This document shows, piece after piece, positions 51,808 to 64,000 of a stretch of DNA of 64,000 bases. Numbering within the stretch: the stretch's first letter is position 1; each line of letters starts with the position of its first letter. A program made the translations under genes and the position numbers. A model generated the notes under the pieces. That model saw nothing but the letters and a program-made list of their open reading frames with translations. It was not told the DNA's origin and searched no databases. Source of the stretch: Callorhinchus milii (taxonomy: Eukaryota); NCBI RefSeq assembly GCF_018977255.1, contig NW_024704754.1, positions 19,096,001 to 19,160,000 on the forward strand, written 5' to 3'.

Positions 51808-52815
51808 TTACTTCCTGGATTTTATTTTGACCTTGGAAGTTTGTGGAAGCACAATTCCAGATTTGGGAGGGACTTTGATTTCATACATCCTCTCACTTCG
51901 CTTTAGATTGGGCTTTGGGTCCCGTTTGGTTGCCTTCTCGCTCCCAGAGTTGGCCAGTTTATCGTAGGACATCGTTCGGGGGCTGGGGCGAAGTCCGGGA
52001 CTCTTCCCGGCTTTCTTGGCCTTGGGTTTCCTGACATTGTTGGGGGGGAGTTCCTTGCCGGCCTTGGAGTCTTTCTGACCCGCTCGCTCCTTCTCATGGG
52101 TTTTTATTGCTGCCTGACCGGCTTTCTCACCTTTGGATTTTTCCAGGAAGTTTTTCCGGAAGATCTCGCACTTTGTCATCGGTCGCTCGGCCTCAGACTC
52201 CTCATCACTCGGTGTTGAGTCCTCGTCGTATTCATAGACGTCGTCGCTCAGTGGCAATTTCACCCCCATCCGGCTCCCGCCTTCGGTTTGATCATCTGTC
52301 GACTCAACGACCTCGTACTCGCAAGTGACATCCTCCTCTTCTGTCTCCACGCCCTTCCTCCTGGTGCTGCTCTGGGATTCTCCCACCTTCGTGCTCTCAT
52401 TCCCCCCTTCCAGAAGCAGCAGGTTGGCCGTGGTCTCCGTCAACATGTCCATCAGCGTTTCCATCTTCAGGGTCAAGATGTTGTTCTGCTCCTGAAGGAG
52501 CCGGTTCCTCTCTCTCATATTCTTCACCAGATCGCTCTGGCTGCTGTTGTCCATGTCTCGGCTGTGGGACACCCATCTCCCTTTCCGAAAAGTGAACCTC
52601 TGGCCATTGAATCGGAGCTCAGTTGGTTCGTGCTCCAGCCCCAGCTCAGCCAGTCGGTGGTTGTAGTCGAGGTAATAAAGCGAGGAGATGGGCGGGTTTT
52701 TGCGTGGGACACTCTTGCGGGGCTTAAATTTATTTGTACAAGGCAGAGGATGACTTTCAATGAAGAACTTGATTCTCTCCCTGATGTCCGCTGTGTAGGA
52801 TTCAAACTGATCCAT
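51808..52815 (-). CDS. CBY3: Chibby-family protein (CBY3-like), single coding exon, 335 aa
   Basis: FKPRKSVPRK..ISSLYYLDYNHRLAELGLEH..LRFNGQRFTFRKGRW..RERNRLLQEQNNILTLKMETLMDMLTETTA matches the Chibby domain and coiled coil. A splice acceptor lies 9 nt before the ATG and AATAAA (minus strand) is at 51711-51716. Proximity to LTC4S supports CBY3 over CBY1. Confidence 0.8.
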   Translation of the reverse strand: MDQFESYTADIRERIKFFIESHPLPCTNKFKPRKSVPRKNPPISSLYYLDYNHRLAELGLEHEPTELRFNGQRFTFRKGRWVSHSRDMDNSSQSDLVKNMRERNRLLQEQNNILTLKMETLMDMLTETTANLLLLEGGNESTKVGESQSSTRRKGVETEEEDVTCEYEVVESTDDQTEGGSRMGVKLPLSDDVYEYDEDSTPSDEESEAERPMTKCEIFRKNFLEKSKGEKAGQAAIKTHEKERAGQKDSKAGKELPPNNVRKPKAKKAGKSPGLRPSPRTMSYDKLANSGSEKATKRDPKPNLKRSERMYEIKVPPKSGIVLPQTSKVKIKSRK

Positions 52816-53671
52816 TCAACAAGACTAGATAAGCAACAAAGAGAAACCTTTACTCAGACACTTAGGAAGAGACAGAGGGAGACAGAGAAGGGGCCACAGG
52901 TTTGACACCTCTGCTCCCTCAGTGGCTCAGTTGGTAAAAATACAAACCAGATGATGATCTGAGCTACACAGAACACAAAGATCTCCATGTGCTGTGATAG
53001 CTGCAGTGGAGGATCTGGGCTGAGGAATGGACTTCCTTTAGCTGGTGGCACCTGGTGAAATCCTGCACGGCTGTGCGTGTCCGGTGTAAATCTAATCGGT
53101 CGTTCCCCACCTCTCACAGGACACCTCTGCTCCTGCCCGACCCACAGAGCAACGTCCAATGGGCTCAGGGCCCCTACCCTGCGTGCGGGACGCTATACAA
53201 AAGCAAGTTGTTGTTGTTTTCGGCCCATAGCCCCCCCCCACCGGGATCCACTGATTACAATCACATTGTTAGGTGCTAACGTTAATGCCTCCCATTCTTA
53301 CTCTCTCCCACCCCGCTTCTCCTGTTCCCTCCTGTTAAGTTCTCTGTCTTCCCCTCTTCTCCAGTTCACCTCCTATATCCTGCCCTTGCCTCCTTCAAGG
53401 CCGGTCTCGAGAACCTCCTCTTCGCTCGAGCCTTCGGTTGCCCTCCCACCCCTCCGCCTTCACCTCACCCCCCACGCTCGGGTCCTGACCCCTGACTGTC
53501 CAGCACCTTGGGACGTCCTACCCGATACATTTACATCTATAAATGTAATTCTGTTGTTGTTGTTGTTGCCCTTTCCCTCCCATTCCCCCTCCGAGCCACA
53601 CAGTGTGCACCACAGGATAGAGGGATAGAGCCGAGAACGTCCTGAGCCAACGTCGCCGCGACGATCGTTAC

Positions 53672-53790
53672 CTGGCGCTGCCTCCGGTCACTGTCAATCT
53701 TTGTTGAATGGAGTGGGGAGGTCATTGGAGGTGATTGGCTGCCGCTCGGTGGTGGTTGTTGTTGCCGTGGCGGTAGATCAAAAGTGTGTG
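53672..53790 (-). promoter_or_regulatory. Putative non-coding exon 1 and promoter of the CBY3-like gene
   Basis: CpG-rich patch with minus-strand donor CAG|GTAACG at 53672/53671, CCAAT boxes (~53724-53738) and an X-box-like half-site GTTGCCGTGGC near 53761. Confidence 0.4.
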
Positions 53791-54222
53791 TCAGAAAAAC
53801 AAACCGTCAAGTGTGAAGGTGTTGTGACTGTATTAGTTTGTGCCCGAGCGCGGCAGCCAATACTAGTGCGGTGTTGGTACCCGACAGCCTTTGTGACTCA
53901 ATGATGTCAAGAGAAATCATTTTACGTTCATTGTATTCATTCATAACGACGAGTTTCATTCACATTATTATTTAGCTGAAATACATATTTGTTTGTTTTA
54001 ACATTAGAAAGCTTATTGTAATGACAAATCCCAGGTGAGGGGTTGAGGATCACAGCAAAGAATAAAACCATCATTTGTACTTGTCCATTTTTCAGAAACC
54101 ATCACAACTGACTGTGCTGTGGAGATCCACTGATAACGGTTGCACTGTCAGGTCCTAAGGTGGACTGTGGTTTTGAATGGTGTCAGAGCACAGTGATGGA
54201 GAGGAGAGATGGCAGAGGATGT

Positions 54223-57200
54223 TCAGAGACCAACAAATCTCTTCACAGGTGCCACCAGGCTGAAGCCCAGGTAATATGAGGACAGGTAATCGAGCACTCC
54301 CAGTGTGGCCAGGCCAATCAGTGCCCACAGCACTTTAGCGGACAAATACAGTGGGGCCAACCTGCACACAGAAGGAGACAGCATCAAACAGTGTCTGTGT
54401 CAGCTGAGACCCCGACACGGCCACACAGAAACATATGGATAATGCTTGGGGGGGGGGAAGAAAGAGACTTGTTCATTTAATTGTCCAGAAACTCTAGACA
54501 TGATTCACGAGGCACTGGATGATAAGTCGGTTCTCAATGTACACAGTAAACCCCCCACCCCGATTGTGTGGATAGTTATAAGCTTCCCATTCCCCAAACG
54601 CACCCGCAGCTCAGTTAATAATAATAATCCTTGCATTTGATTTAACGCCTTATCACCAACGAGACGTCTCAAAATGCATCACAGTGTTGAGATGTCTCAA
54701 AGCGCTTCAAGAATCGACTAAAGTGGAGTGACTGTGTATATTATGTTTTTTTTAAACCAAACAGTTTGGAAAGTTCACCCCCACCAACCCATCCACCCTG
54801 AGCATGTGTGTTGGTGTTGGGCAAGGAGAGTGCCTGGTTGGGGGTGGGGAGTGGACATCTCGGTCAGATCCTCTGCCACCCTGTAACTAGCCTCACCGTC
54901 CTTTAGCAGACTCCGAGTAGCCTCTGAAGTACAGGTACCTGCTGTACAGATACAAGAGTCCAAAGAACGAGGTAATGCCTGCAGAGAGAGGAGACCGAGA
55001 CATCAGTACATACACGGCCCCATTAGTTAGCACATTAACATATTACTGTAAGCCTTTCCAGTTGGGTTCAGCCCAATGCCTGTATCATTCTATGTAAATT
55101 TTTAAGCTGCTGTTTTAGTGTTTTAATTGCCTTTCAGTCAATACATTGTATGTCCGTGTTAATAAAAATTCAGTGAGGCTGATTAATGTTCAGGGATGTT
55201 TGATCAGTTTCTGCATTGAGCGATTTTGTAAATATTTCCAAGAGGGAAAGAGGAAGAGGGAAAGCGGTTTCTCTCCAACGATCCTCCAGATCCATTGCTT
55301 GTTCATTTTTTGTGGCATCTTGCCATGTGCCATGGGAGAATCCCAACCTCATCAGTAATTACATCTTGAAATTTTTTTGAGTTGAGAACATTCCTCAAAC
55401 ATGGATCATCATAATAATAATCCTTGCATTTGATATAACGCCTTATCTTCTCTCTCCCTCTGCTCCGAACGCCTTCTCATCCGAGGGGACTTCAACTTTC
55501 ACTTTGCCCCCTCCTGCTCTACCTCTGCTGACTTTTCCTCCCTCTTCTCCTCCCTCAACCTCTCCCTCTACATGCACTCCGCAACACACGTCCGAGGTCA
55601 CCCCCTCGACCTGGTGATCACTCGGGGCCTCACCATCGGACCTCATCCTGACCGACAAAGCCATCTCGGACCATTACTTCCTCTCCCTTAACTGCTCAAC
55701 CCCTCTCCCCACCTCCACCCAACCCATCTCCATCTCCTACCACCCCTGGATAAAAATCTCCCACTCCAACTCCATTGCCTTGGAGTCATCCGAACTCCTC
55801 CCCCTCTGGGCTTCCTCCCGCAATGACCTATTCTCCTCGGTCACTCTCCTCCACAACTCTCTCTCCACCACTCTCAATGCCCTTGCTCCCCTCACTTCCC
55901 AAACTGCCTCCTACTCATGGAAGTTACCCTGGTACGTAAGCCACCTCCGCTCCCTCAAGGCATAGGTGCATGCCGCTGAACGTACCTGACTCAAATCAGA
56001 TGTGGCTGGACCTTTTTGGCACCGTTTCCACCCCCTTTAAAAACGTCCGTCATCACTCATCCTTAAAAACCCCTCCCTGATCTCAAATTACTACCCCATC
56101 TACAACCTCCCTTTTCTTTCCAAGATCCTGGAATGAGTCATTGCTTCCCAGTTTCGCTCCTCCCTGTCCCGCCACTCCCTTCGCATACCCTCCCAATCGG
56201 GTTTCCGTGCCGCACACAGCATAGAAACAGCGTTGATCAAAGGGACAAATTACATTTTGTCCATCAGCGACCAGGGTTCCCTCGGCCTCCTTGTCCTCTT
56301 TAACCTCTCTGCTGCCTTCAATACTGCAGTCCCACCGCCATGCCCCCTCCCTTGCCTCCCTCCTTCCCCCCCACCCAACCTCTACGCTCCCCAACGCCCA
56401 GTTTAGCTCTGAAACACCGATTGTCCAGCACCTAGGGACGTCCTCCTGACATGAAAGGCGCTGTACAAATGTAATTTTCTTATTGTTATCACATCTTTGA
56501 GACTTTTCAAAACGCTTCGCAGAATACACTGTAAATTGGATTGTCTGTATATTTTGTGGGCAAAACACGACAGGCAACAAACAGTCGTGGATTGAGTGAC
56601 CAAAGTATTTTTTTCACTGTATCGCGGCATGGCACACACTGAGCCAAGGAGCCGCACTGATGCTTACCTTGATGGAAGAAAATCCCTGCAACCCATAACA
56701 TGGCAAGGAAAATCGGGAAATACTCGGAACAGTTCACTCTGCAGAGGTAAAGAAGCTATTAAAAAAATACGGCGCACAATCTGTTGAAATTACTTTGGAA
56801 GGATTTTTTTCCCCCATCTTTATTCCCGTTGGTATTCCCATCGGTATTCCCGTGCATCGCCGCGGCCCAGCACTTACTGCGCCCTGAAGACTCTCTCAAA
56901 GTCAGGGTGGCCACTGGTCGCTGGTGGAGAAATTCCAAACTTCCTCCTAGAGTAAATCACCTGGAGTGAAAAGTAGGCTGTGGGATAACAGAGAGCGGGA
57001 TCACTCTGACATTGTATGACCAGGAGACATGGGAGTAAGAAGTTACTAACCCTCCCCCCAAAAAAAACCTTATTAGCCAGAGACAAATAGTTCATTTCCC
57101 TTCCTCATAACTTATCGCCCCAATCTGCTGTCATATGACGACTTCTGACCTATCCTACCTAGATCTCGATCTCTCGCTGATGTTTCTGTCACACCAAGCA

Positions 57201-59534
57201 CTTTCTTACATTACTGAATTCCATTTTAGTTTCACTGCTAAAAGAACAGTGTTGGGGGGGAAGCACAGAGTGAGAGAACAACAACAACACAAGATTACAT
57301 TTGTATAACACCTTTCACGTTGGGAGGACGTCCCAAGGCGCTGGACAGAGTACAGCATTTCAGACCTGAGCTGGGATCGAGGGAGGGAGGGGAGGGAAAG
57401 GGGGATGGCCGATGGCATGGTCGAAGAGGAGGGTCTTGAGGCGGGACTTGAAGGAGGGGAAGAGGGAGAGAGAAGCCATTTACTCACATGGCCTCACAAA
57501 CTTCTCGTTCCAATGAAGCGATTTTTAAAAATGTTTTATTTGCAATACAATTTCCCGTTTGAGGGGAGGGAAACATTTGTGGCTTTATATCTGAGGCAGC
57601 AGAACAACACAGCCACACAGGCTCTTCCTGACGACTCCTTGACCTTACCATTTCTCTGCACATCAAGGAACCATAGAAATTTACAGCACAGAAGGCGGCT
57701 GTTATTCAGCCCACGGGGTCTGTGCTGCCTCCTTTAAATCAAGAGAAAGGAGGTAAATCCATTCGCCAAACTGTTCTCACATCCACAATTAGAGTGGATA
57801 TGGAGTACTCTGAACAACAACTACGACTTACATTTATATAGTCCCCCCACTCCTGCAGGGTAGCGTCCCAGACGCTTGACAGAGCTCGATGCCCAACCCG
57901 AGGGGGGGGGGTGGTGGGGTAGATGACCACAAACATGGTCGAAGAGGAAGGTCTTCAGGCACTACTTCTGCAAATACCTTTAAACAATTCCTTTGGACTG
58001 GATAGTTTCTTTCACAGCACTGCTCCTGCTGAGAAGGGACCTTTCTCTGGGTGTTGGCTGTGGGTGGACACCTTTCTCTGGGTGTTGGCTGTGGGGGGGA
58101 CCTTTCTCTGGGTGTTGGCTGTGGGGGGGACCTTTCTCTGGGTGTTGGCTGTGGGGGGGGACACCTTTCTCTGGGTGTTGGCTGTGGGGGGGACCTTTCT
58201 CTGGGTGTTGGCTGTGGGGGGGACCTTTCTCTGGGTGTTGGCTGTGGGGGGGATCTTTCTCTGGGTGTTGGCTGTGGGGGGGACACCTTTCTCTGGGTGT
58301 TGGCTGTGGGGGGACACCTTTCTCTGGGTGTTGGCTGTGGGGGGACACCTTTCTCTGGGTGTTGGCTGTGGGGGGGGACACCTTTCTCTGGGTGTTGGCT
58401 GTGGGGGGGACACCTTTCTCTGGGTGTTGTCTGTGGGGGACACACCTTTCTCTGGGTGTTGGCTGTGGGGGGGGGGGACCTTTCTCTGGGTGTTGGCTGT
58501 GGGGGGGGGGGACCTTTCTCTGGGTGTTCACTTGGGGGGGGGGGGGGACCTTTCTCTGGGTGTTGGCTGTGGTGGGGGGGGGGGACCTTTCTCTGGGTGT
58601 TGGCTGTGTGGGTGGGGGGACCTTTCTCTGGGTGTTGGCTGTGGGGGGGACCTTTCGCTGGGTGTTGGCTGTGTGGGGGGTGGACCTTTCTCTGGGTGTT
58701 GGCTGTGGTGGGGGGGGACCTTTCTCTGGGTGTTGGCTGTGGGTGGGGGGACCTTTCTCTGGGTGTTGGCTGTGGGTGGGGGGACCTTTCTCTGGGTGTT
58801 GGCTGTGGGTGGGGGGACCTTTCTCTGGGTGTTGGCTGTGGGGGGGAGATGGGCTGAGGGAGGACATGGGTTCCTGGAGTCTCGCACTCCCTTCATCCCT
58901 CTCTCGGGCACAAAGCGGCTTCGGGTTGTAATTAGAAACCGACGCAACAGTTTGAGCCGCTGATCCGCAGAGCCCACGGAGAGGGTCGGGGGAGGGGGTC
59001 GGGGGAGAGGGTCGGGGGAGGGGTCGGGGAGGGGTCGGGGGAGAGGGTCGGGGGGGGGAACCGCTAAAGTTCAGGGATCGCTCCAAACTCTCTAAAGCAG
59101 TGACGGTAAAGACTTTGCGAGGTTTTTTTTAAAAAAGAAGAGCCCAGTTTCTCCCCTTTGCAGTCGCTGGACCCCCCCCTGGACCCCCCCCTGGAGCCCC
59201 CCGCAGGAGCCGCGCAGGAGCCCCCCTGGAGCCCGGCTGGACCCCCCCCCTGGTCCCCCACTGGAGCCCGGCTGGAGCCCCCCCTGGAGCCCCGCTGGAG
59301 CCCCCCCTGGAGCCCGGCTGGACCCCCCCCTGGAGCCCCCCCGGACCCCCCCTGGAGCCCCCCCTGGAGCCCCGCTGGAGCCCCCCCTGGAGCCCCGCTG
59401 GACCCCCCCCTGGAGCCCCCCCGGACCCCCCCCTGGAGCCCCCCGGGACCCCCCCCTGGCGCAGGGTGCGCGGTACCTTGCTCTAACACTCCGAGGATGG
59501 TCACCGCAGCCAAGAACACCAGGTTGTCCCACAT
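54223..59534 (-). CDS. LTC4S: Leukotriene C4 synthase (MAPEG family), 149 aa
   Basis: Exons complement(59534-59477, 56977-56878, 56738-56668, 54978-54897, 54361-54223) give [19 protein letters not shown]|[34 protein letters not shown]|[23 protein letters not shown]|[28 protein letters not shown]|[25 protein letters not shown]. FERVxRAQxNCxEYFP is the LTC4S signature. Confidence 0.95.
55445..56475 (+). mobile_element. Degenerate L2 LINE fragments (endonuclease and reverse transcriptase pieces plus 3' end)
   Basis: Broken motifs [26 protein letters not shown] and [14 protein letters not shown], with stops and frameshifts; lies in LTC4S intron 3. Confidence 0.75.
58036..58847. repeat. ~30-bp G-rich minisatellite (GACCTTTCTCTGGGTGTTGGCTGTGGGGGG), ~26 copies, in LTC4S intron 1
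   Basis: Near-perfect tandem units with variable G-run length; they explain the long repetitive ORFs at 57834-59086. Confidence 0.95.
58980..59458. repeat. Two short GC-rich tandem arrays: (GAGGGTCGGGG)n at ~58980-59058 and (CTGGAGCCCCCC)n at ~59166-59458
   Basis: Directly visible 11-12 bp imperfect units just inside LTC4S intron 1. Confidence 0.85.
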
Positions 59535-59779
59535 CTCCAGTCCGGCACCAGCCACAGCCTCGGGGTCAGAGACACACAGAGACACAGAGGGTAATGGGGC
59601 TGTTCCCTAAAAGAAGGAAAGAAGGAAGGAAGGAAGGAGGGAGGGAGGGAGAGAGAGAGAGAGCGCAGAGGCGGCTCCACAGTGTCAACGCGTACAAACT
59701 ACACCCAGAACTCGTGTCGGGAGAGGCAGCGCCATCTGCAGTAACCCCCACCGCCCACCGCCCACAGCCCAACAGCCAC

Positions 59780-60480
59780 CACAACACAACCACGTCGGGA
59801 GGACCTCCCAATCCCAAGGCGCTGGACCCTGTCAGTGTTTGGGACCCGAGTTTGGGGGGGGGGGGGGGGGACTGGGGAGGGCGGTTGGGGGGGTAAGCAG
59901 GTGATTTGACTACGGTCGAAGAGGAGGGTCTTGAGATGGGTCTTAAAGGTGGTCAGTGGAGGGGGTGAGGCGGAGGGACTGCGGGATGGAGTTCCAGAGG
60001 GTGGGGGCAGAAGAGCCGGGAGATGTGAGGCGGCCCCGAGACTGCTGAGCAGAGGGAGGGAGCAGCATGGTAGGGAGTTAGGAGGGAGCAGAGGTAGGGG
60101 TGGGGGGAACAAGACCATGGAGGGTTTTGAAGGTGAGGACCAGGATCTTGAACTGCATCCTTTGTGTGATGGGAAGCCAGTGGGGTCGGGCCAGGATGGG
60201 GGTGTTGGGGTCGCGGAGCCCGGTGCAGGAGAGGACACGGGCTGCAGAGTTCTGGATAATCTGCAGCCTGTGGAGGGAGGAGGTGGGGGAGGCCGACAAG
60301 CTGGGAGTTTGCATTAGTCAAGCCTCGATGTTATGAACGTGTGTATGAGGGTTTTGGCGACCTGTGGTGTGTGACAGTGGCGGAGTCGGGCAATGTTGCA
60401 GAGGTGGGGGAAGGCATGACATAGAAAAGGGTTAAGCAAGACATCAAGGTTCTGGACCGGATTAGTAAAGTGGAGTGTTC
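59780..60480 (-). mobile_element. L2 LINE 3' fragment upstream of LTC4S
   Basis: Minus-strand translation LHRLQIIQNSAARVL..HWLPITQRMQFKILVLTFKTLHGL is the typical L2 ORF2 C-terminus. Confidence 0.8.
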
Positions 60481-63400
60481 ATCCATGGATGGTGATGGTG
60501 ATAATAGCCCCTGATTGATGAAGACAGCAGCTGGAGCAAATGGAGAAAGTCCAGTTGCTCTGAGCTAGTTGAGATTATGTTGGACCAGGGAAATGCAACA
60601 GATGTTCATTTGGATTTTAAGAAGGTATTTGGTAAAGTGCCATAAATGCGACTTGTGGCTAGAATGTATGGAATGTGGAGCAGACAGAAGGAAAACAAAG
60701 TGGATAGAGGATGAAGATCATAGAGTGGGAATCCAGGAGATTTCCAGTTGGTTAGATAGAGAATGGTTAGTGACATGACTTAGGGATCACCAGGGATGTG
60801 AGGACTTGGCTCTCTCTCTCTGATATTTGATAATAATACTTGCATTTGATACAGCGCCTTATCACATCGTTGAGACATCTCAAAGTGCTTCACAGGATAC
60901 ACAAATGTGAGTTGGCTGCTCAGGAGCATATGAAGCATTTAATAATTTATTTAGGTTTCAGTGGTGGTTTTTGCATTGTTAAGTGGCTGCAATGCACACA
61001 GAGTTTTTAGGTCAGTGTGAGAGGGAACAAGTAATGGAACTCCAGCTTATCACTTTACTGCTGGCTTCAAACTCCATTTAACAGTAAAAAGCTAATTGTT
61101 TGGGGATTTAGAGTCCTAGTGATTTGCAGATGGAACAGGCTAGACAGCATTTGGGCCTGCTGCTGATCTTATCAAGTTGTGTAACTGCTGAAGTACTGTT
61201 GTAACAGCAAAACAGCCAACCAAGTGAACCATAGCATACAGCCAATTCAATTTTAAAAAGCTTGCAAACTCGTTGGACTTCCTGTTTGACTGCTGTAACA
61301 TTTTCAAGGCAGCCTAATTCAAATCAACTTAAAACTAAAATCCATTTGATGTGTCTGGGAAGTAAGGGTCAGTAGACATGAATTAAACCAAACACATAAG
61401 AACACAATTCAAAGAATTTAAACAGTGGCTATTTTCTCCCTATGTAAATAGATTTAACGTTAAATCTATTGAAATAATTATTATTTAAAATTAAAAATGG
61501 GAAAAATAAACACTACTTAATTTTAATGACAAAATTGCAACCAGTAATTCCTTGCTTGTGAGTCGAGATGTTTGATGGGTGAAATCCCAGATGTTTAGGC
61601 AGACATCAAGGTAAGGTTGTAGCCTCGAGTGTGATAGGGAGAGGATTTTCTCTCCTAGAGAATTATCAGAATATGGAATGATTTGGCTGTTGAAGAATTG
61701 ATTGGTGCCATTTAAAGGGAATTAGATTCGTTATGGCAACGTGAAGCCCATTCTCAGGATACGCCAAAGACTTTTGCAATTATGATCTTACCAGAAATGA
61801 TGGCCTGGTGTTCAGAGTTGAGGTACCTGAGGACATCGAGCAGCAGTGAAGCTGGAGGGCAGCTGCAAGAGGAAATTGGTTAAAAATATTGATAAGAATT
61901 TGTTGTGCTTTTTTTTGCTGTATAGAAATAGGTCACTCGTCACTCCAGTGTGAGAAAGTTCCCCTCTGAAGGTAGGTGGGAGGTGGAACAGAGCTCCCAC
62001 AAAGTTAATCTAGGAATCTAGTCTTGTGTTCAGGAAAAGGTACATTGGGACAGGACTAGGGAGAAACATATAGTTCCAGGAAGCAAAGGGCAATATTTAG
62101 CAGCAAAAAATGGCTGAACATAGAGGTTGGCATATTACTTTGGGTACACAATAACTACAAGGAGATGATCAGCCCGATTATCAAACTTGCTCCGGTTGTT
62201 TGTCAGTAGTGAATAAGGTATTTGCATGAAATTGAGACCCTCTGGCAATCATAACTTAACACATTGCAAAGTTACTGCTGTATGTGAAAGGAGGAAGGAG
62301 ATCACTGCTTTCTGATCCATTGATCTTCAGGCAGACCACACACTAGACAAAATACATCTGACACCCCCACTACAGCCATCACAGGCAAAGTCCTCACCCC
62401 TTTAGCTTGCTAACTGCTGGACCTAATGTGTGATAGTCACAAACAACATTTGATGGCAATGGTTTGCTTTTTCTAGTTTGCGAACATTGAAAGTGATTTA
62501 ATTTGTCTTGTCTGCTAATGGTGAAACCCAAAAGATGAGAAAGCGTAAGAAAAGGCCAGAACAAATTCCACATGTAAGAGAAATTGACCACGCCAGACAG
62601 ACAAGACATTCTGAAAAAGCTATCTGTAGATTCACGTGTTAATGTGACTAACACACTCCTTTTAGTATTTATTGCAGGAAGGTTCCCCAATGTCTGCTCA
62701 TCCTTTAGGATTATGATGCACCAAAATAATGAGTGGATAAAAGCAAAACAAAACCGAGGCAGCATCAATACCACACACTAACACACACACCACAATTATA
62801 AAAAGATCATGGAGTCTTTATTTGCGAATGATGGCTGGAATAATAGTTACAGCTATTTGTGTCGCTTTGAGCCAGAAAATAACACTGTGGCCAGATCTCG
62901 TTCAGAAGAATGAATTATGATGGATACAACATAAAGCATTGGTGTGAGAAGCAGTTGAATTCAAGTAAGTTTCAGCTCAGTTTAATTGTGTTGCAGAGTC
63001 CCTGCTAAAAGCACGATAAGCTATACAAATGTAATCTTGTTGTTGTTTTGGGGTTGCTGTGAAGATCAGAAATTCAAGATAAGTTGTTTCCACCAGAAAA
63101 CCCAAAGCTATTTAAAGCTGACAGCCTGCCTTTCACAACTAACATGTTAACTGCTCCAATAAAGCAGATTGCACAATACAATTCTACCTTCTCTGTAGGC
63201 AAACAATCTTGGAACAAGTGAATTTAGAAATGTGATGTACGTTCGACATAGTTTCACACAGGTTTGGATTCTGTGTAGGCACCAGATTTTAGTCACTTTA
63301 GTTTGCCATCCCATGTTTACAACAATACATAAATAATTCTTACATTTGATATGAAGCCCTTTATATTGCGAGGACATCTCAAAGCTCTTGACACGATTTT

Positions 63401-64000
63401 CTGTGTTTACATTCTACTGTAATGAAACACCAGTCATCAGTCTGAGTTTACGTTCAAAAGAGGAAGTAAAAGATACAGAGAATGAAATGCATTAACTTGG
63501 TAACCTTAGCAAATGCAAGATTTTACTTTCTTTGTTAAAATCTTTACAATGCACGAAAGACAAAAGTTTTTTTTCTTGTTGCAAGTGACGAGTACCAAAG
63601 ACTCCCAACACATTTTGGAGTACAAATTACTCGAGGAGCTTGAGGCCACTAACGTACTGCCTGGCAGAAAAACATCAGAGCAGCTGAATTTTATAGTGTG
63701 CCATAGCAGCCTGGGCTGATTGCTTCAATGTCACAAAAAAAAATTAAAACCAGATTTGGCCACATGTATTTTTCCACCTTTTAAATTCTACACTGTGAGG
63801 TGAAAGCCTCACGTTACAGTAATCAGTGTATACAAAGGTACAGTTAGGCAGAGCTAGTGACGTCAATACAGTCATCAAGTGCTGGGTTAAGACGTACAAA
63901 ATTCAGAGCAAGAAATACAATTTCTTTAAAACTATAAAATGTAAAAATATATTACAGACAAACAGCTAGATACTTTTGTCAGAAACATTTCTTTTTTATA

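Noticed and set aside
57834-59086. Long ORFs (200-370 aa) in all six frames, and a superficial CRISPR-like periodicity
   Set aside because: This is a head-to-tail 30-bp minisatellite with no unique spacers. The ORFs exist only because the unit lacks stop codons.
59064-59476. Gly-rich 'secreted protein' ORF 59064-59585
   Set aside because: Only 59477-59534 is coding (LTC4S exon 1); the rest is read-through into an intronic GC repeat.

Overview
Vertebrate genomic DNA. The tRNA/Deu-SINE, L2 and CR1 repeats and the compact introns suggest a cartilaginous fish such as a chimaera (inference). Six protein-coding genes can be reconstructed by hand with GT-AG splice sites: CDX1 exon 1 (minus strand, runs off the left edge); a complete PDGFRB (plus, 22 coding exons, ~1085 aa); DELE1/KIAA0141 (plus, 13 exons, ~573 aa); PCDH12 (minus, 5 exons, ~1094 aa); a Chibby-family CBY3-like gene with one coding exon and a long novel tail (minus, 335 aa); and LTC4S (minus, 5 exons, 149 aa). 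The most notable points are: (1) CSF1R is missing from its usual position directly 3' of PDGFRB, and the DELE1 promoter follows instead; (2) three blocks that are separate on human 5q are joined here; (3) PCDH12 has an intron inside its ectodomain exon and an intact delta-protocadherin CM1 motif; (4) DELE1 appears to have an extra SEL1-repeat exon; (5) PDGFRB has Ala at the near-invariant kinase subdomain IX Gly. No prokaryote-type system such as a CRISPR array or operon is present, and I found no clearly new biological system. The novelty is in gene evolution and synteny.
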